A DNA stretch of 64,000 bases, taken from assembly GCA_963758635.1 (NCBI GenBank), contig CAVWWD010000001.1, positions 1 through 64,000 of the forward strand. The letters are read 5' to 3'. Source of the stretch: an uncultured Candidatus Rokubacteria bacterium. GTDB lineage: Bacteria > Methylomirabilota > Methylomirabilia > Rokubacteriales > CSP1-6. Shown here in pieces: positions 61,918-64,000 of this stretch. The position numbers and the translations under genes are program-made. The notes beneath the pieces were generated by a model. The model was not told where the DNA came from, did no database searches, and was given only the letters and a program-made list of their open reading frames with translations. Numbering within the stretch: the stretch's first letter is position 1; the number at the start of each line of letters is the position of its first letter.

Positions 61918-62556
61918 TCACGGAGTGTCGGGCATGCGCTCGAGCGCGGCGAGGATCACGTCCGCGGCCGGCGCGTCGCCCCACACCGACGAGTCGACGG
62001 TCAGGCTGTACTGGGTGGGGTCGCGCCAGTCGGCGTGGTAGAAGGACCGCACGTAGTCGGTCCGCAGCTTGTCCATCCCGGTGACGCGACGCTCCGCCTC
62101 GGCGCGCGTAAACTTCTCGACCTGGGCCACGCGCCGCACGCGCGCTTCCAGCGGGGCGAAGACGAACACGTGGAGCGTCCGCGGCCGCTTGGCCAGGATG
62201 TGGTTGCCGCCGCGCCCCACGATGATCGCGCGGCCCGTCCGCGCGATGTCCTCGACGATGGTCCGCGTCATGTGCAGGAGCCGATCGTCGTCGATCCCGG
62301 GCGGAAGCATGCTGTACGCCGTCGCGAACCCGCCGATCCCGAGCACGCCGACCACCCGCTCCAGCACGGACGTCCGCCGCTCGTCCTTGTCGTCGACGTC
62401 GGTCTCGGCCAGGCGATACTCGTCCGCGATCTTCCGCACGATCTCCTTGTCCCACACCGGCCACTGCAGGCGATCGCCCACGAGGCGCGCGATCTGGCTG
62501 CCGCCGCTGCCGTACTGGTGAGAGATCGTGAGCATGGGGGCCTGGGTGATGGTCAT
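61918..62556 (-). CDS. Cytidylate kinase-like family protein
   Basis: LTISHQYGSGG, IIVGRGG, LHVFV.AP.E.RV, D..R..Y, Y.L.VDS. Confidence 0.85.
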   Translation of the reverse strand: MTITQAPMLTISHQYGSGGSQIARLVGDRLQWPVWDKEIVRKIADEYRLAETDVDDKDERRTSVLERVVGVLGIGGFATAYSMLPPGIDDDRLLHMTRTIVEDIARTGRAIIVGRGGNHILAKRPRTLHVFVFAPLEARVRRVAQVEKFTRAEAERRVTGMDKLRTDYVRSFYHADWRDPTQYSLTVDSSVWGDAPAADVILAALERMPDTP

Positions 62557-62573
62557 CGTCCCCTCCGTTCGCG

Positions 62574-63614
62574 TCACGGCTTGTAGGTGACGCTCGCCGG
62601 CTGGACCTTGCGCAGCAGGTCCGGGTACACGAAGGCCTTGTAGTCGACCGGCTTGGCGAGCTTGCCCTGCTGCTTGAGCTGGGCCTCGGCGAGCCGGAAC
62701 ATGCCGAGGGTCGGGTCCCCCAGCAGCATCTCGAAGCGGAGCTTGGTCATGAGCTGCTCGACCATGGGCGGATCCAGGCTCTTGAGGAACGTGGACACGT
62801 CGCGCGCCGCCCGCTTGCGATCCTTGTTGATGATCTCGGTGGCCTCGGCGAGCGCGCGCACGAACGCCTCGGCCGGGGCGGGGTTCTTCCGGATCCACTC
62901 GCGGTTCATGTAGACGTACACGCCCTGCTCGAGGATGCCCTCCTGGTCCCGGAGCACCTTCGTGTTCTTGACCGCGGCGAGGCCGCGGCTGACCCACGGC
63001 TCCCACACCGCGTAGGCGTCGATGTTGCCGCGCTCGAGCGCGGCCACCATCTCCGGCGCCTCCACGTTGACCACGGTGTAGTCGGCGGCGTTGAGCTTGA
63101 GCTTGTCGATCATGGCGAGCCAGAACACCTCGCCCCCGGAGCCGCGGGCCACGCCCACCTTCTTGCCCTTGAGCCCTTCCAGGCTGTCGATGTTCCGGCC
63201 GACCACGGCGATCCACTTCACGAGCCACGTGGCCTGGGCCACGACCACGATGTTGGGGTCGAGGTTGTGGTTGGCGACCCCGGCGATCTCCGAGCCGAAG
63301 GCCGACTCGATCTGGCCGTTGACGAGGAACGACACCATGGCCGACCCGGACGGCCCGGTGTTGATCCGCACGTCCAGCCCGTGCTTCTTGAAGAGCCCCG
63401 CCTCCTGGGCCACGTAGTAGGCGGAGAAGACGGGATCCACGCCGGTGGCGATCGTCATCTTGGTCTGCGCCCCCGCCGGGTCGCTCCACGCCAGCAGGCT
63501 CAGCACGACCAGCCATCGCGCTCCGCGGATCAACATGTCGGTCCGCCACACCCGTGCTCGCCAACGGATCTCGAAGAGCGCGATCGCCCGCTGGTCCCCG
63601 TTATGACTGAGCAT
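62574..63614 (-). CDS. ABC transporter substrate-binding protein (SsuA/TauA/NMT1 type; alternative start 63536)
   Basis: YVAQE.GLF.K.GLDV, LKGKKVG..GS, G.IDA..VWEPW. Confidence 0.88.
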   Translation of the reverse strand: MLSHNGDQRAIALFEIRWRARVWRTDMLIRGARWLVVLSLLAWSDPAGAQTKMTIATGVDPVFSAYYVAQEAGLFKKHGLDVRINTGPSGSAMVSFLVNGQIESAFGSEIAGVANHNLDPNIVVVAQATWLVKWIAVVGRNIDSLEGLKGKKVGVARGSGGEVFWLAMIDKLKLNAADYTVVNVEAPEMVAALERGNIDAYAVWEPWVSRGLAAVKNTKVLRDQEGILEQGVYVYMNREWIRKNPAPAEAFVRALAEATEIINKDRKRAARDVSTFLKSLDPPMVEQLMTKLRFEMLLGDPTLGMFRLAEAQLKQQGKLAKPVDYKAFVYPDLLRKVQPASVTYKP

Positions 63615-63644
63615 GTCCGGTGCCCTCCTCGTGAGGTGTGGGAA

Positions 63645-64000
63645 TCAGGTCGTCGGCGAGTACTTGCCGGCGAAGGTGTAGATGCTCCAGCGGAACAGGC
63701 GATCCACCGTGAAGCCGAGCAGCCCCAGCGTGACCAGCGACACGAAGATCTCGTCCACCAGCATGAACAGCCGCCCGTCCCAGAGCATCTTGCCCAGCCC
63801 GTCGTTGGCCGCGATCAGCTCCGCGGCCACGATCGTCGTGAACGAGTTGGCCATGGCCAGGCGCATCCCGGTGAGGATGTACGGCACCGTCGCGGGCAGG
63901 GCCACGTGGAGGAAGATCTGGGCCCGCGTGGCGCCCAGCGACTGCGCGGCCCGGATCTTGTCGGGGGCGATGGCGGCCACGCCCGCCGCGGTGTTCAGGA
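63645..64000 (-). CDS. ABC transporter permease (SsuC/TauC type), 5' part outside the window
   Basis: AAQSLGA, V.LPA..P.I.TGMR, AAELI..GLG. Confidence 0.88.
   Translation of the reverse strand, partial: LNTAAGVAAIAPDKIRAAQSLGATRAQIFLHVALPATVPYILTGMRLAMANSFTTIVAAELIAANDGLGKMLWDGRLFMLVDEIFVSLVTLGLLGFTVDRLFRWSIYTFAGKYSPTT

Noticed and set aside
1..64000. CRISPR arrays, tRNA/rRNA genes, transposases, integrases, prophage genes
   Set aside because: I saw no regularly spaced repeats or recognisable motifs by eye; a covariance-model or HMM scan was not possible.

Overview
Very GC-rich bacterial DNA holding about 50 accessory metabolic and regulatory genes. The gene content (tripartite tricarboxylate transporter, several luciferase-like monooxygenases, expanded AAA/STAND-TPR regulators) resembles Candidatus Rokubacteria/Methylomirabilota; that assignment is inference only. 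About 16 genes are split by 1-2 nt indels, most likely long-read errors. I recognised no rRNA, tRNA, CRISPR array, integrase or transposase. Main blocks: a thiolase-like/DUF35/CoA-transferase unit; an M20 hydrolase plus tctBAC; a double molybdenum-hydroxylase cluster; four STAND-NTPase-TPR signalling proteins; one vapBC pair plus an antitoxin whose toxin survives only as a 16-codon stub. The best candidates for an undescribed system are two. (1) A module present twice: a secreted two-domain PAP2/vanadium-haloperoxidase-like protein with degenerate active sites, divergent from a wHTH-STAND-TPR regulator; one copy is coupled to an internally duplicated, His-containing DoxX-like membrane protein. 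(2) A receiver-less sigma54 activator fused to a cyclase-like/STAND/TPR sensor, facing a sigma54 promoter that drives an unassigned ferritin-like diiron protein and a BBE-type flavin oxidase. Also notable: an insect-AANAT-like GNAT, an internally deleted mini gamma-glutamyltransferase, and a shared ECF42-like promoter motif. All family calls come from motif recognition by eye; no database searches were run.
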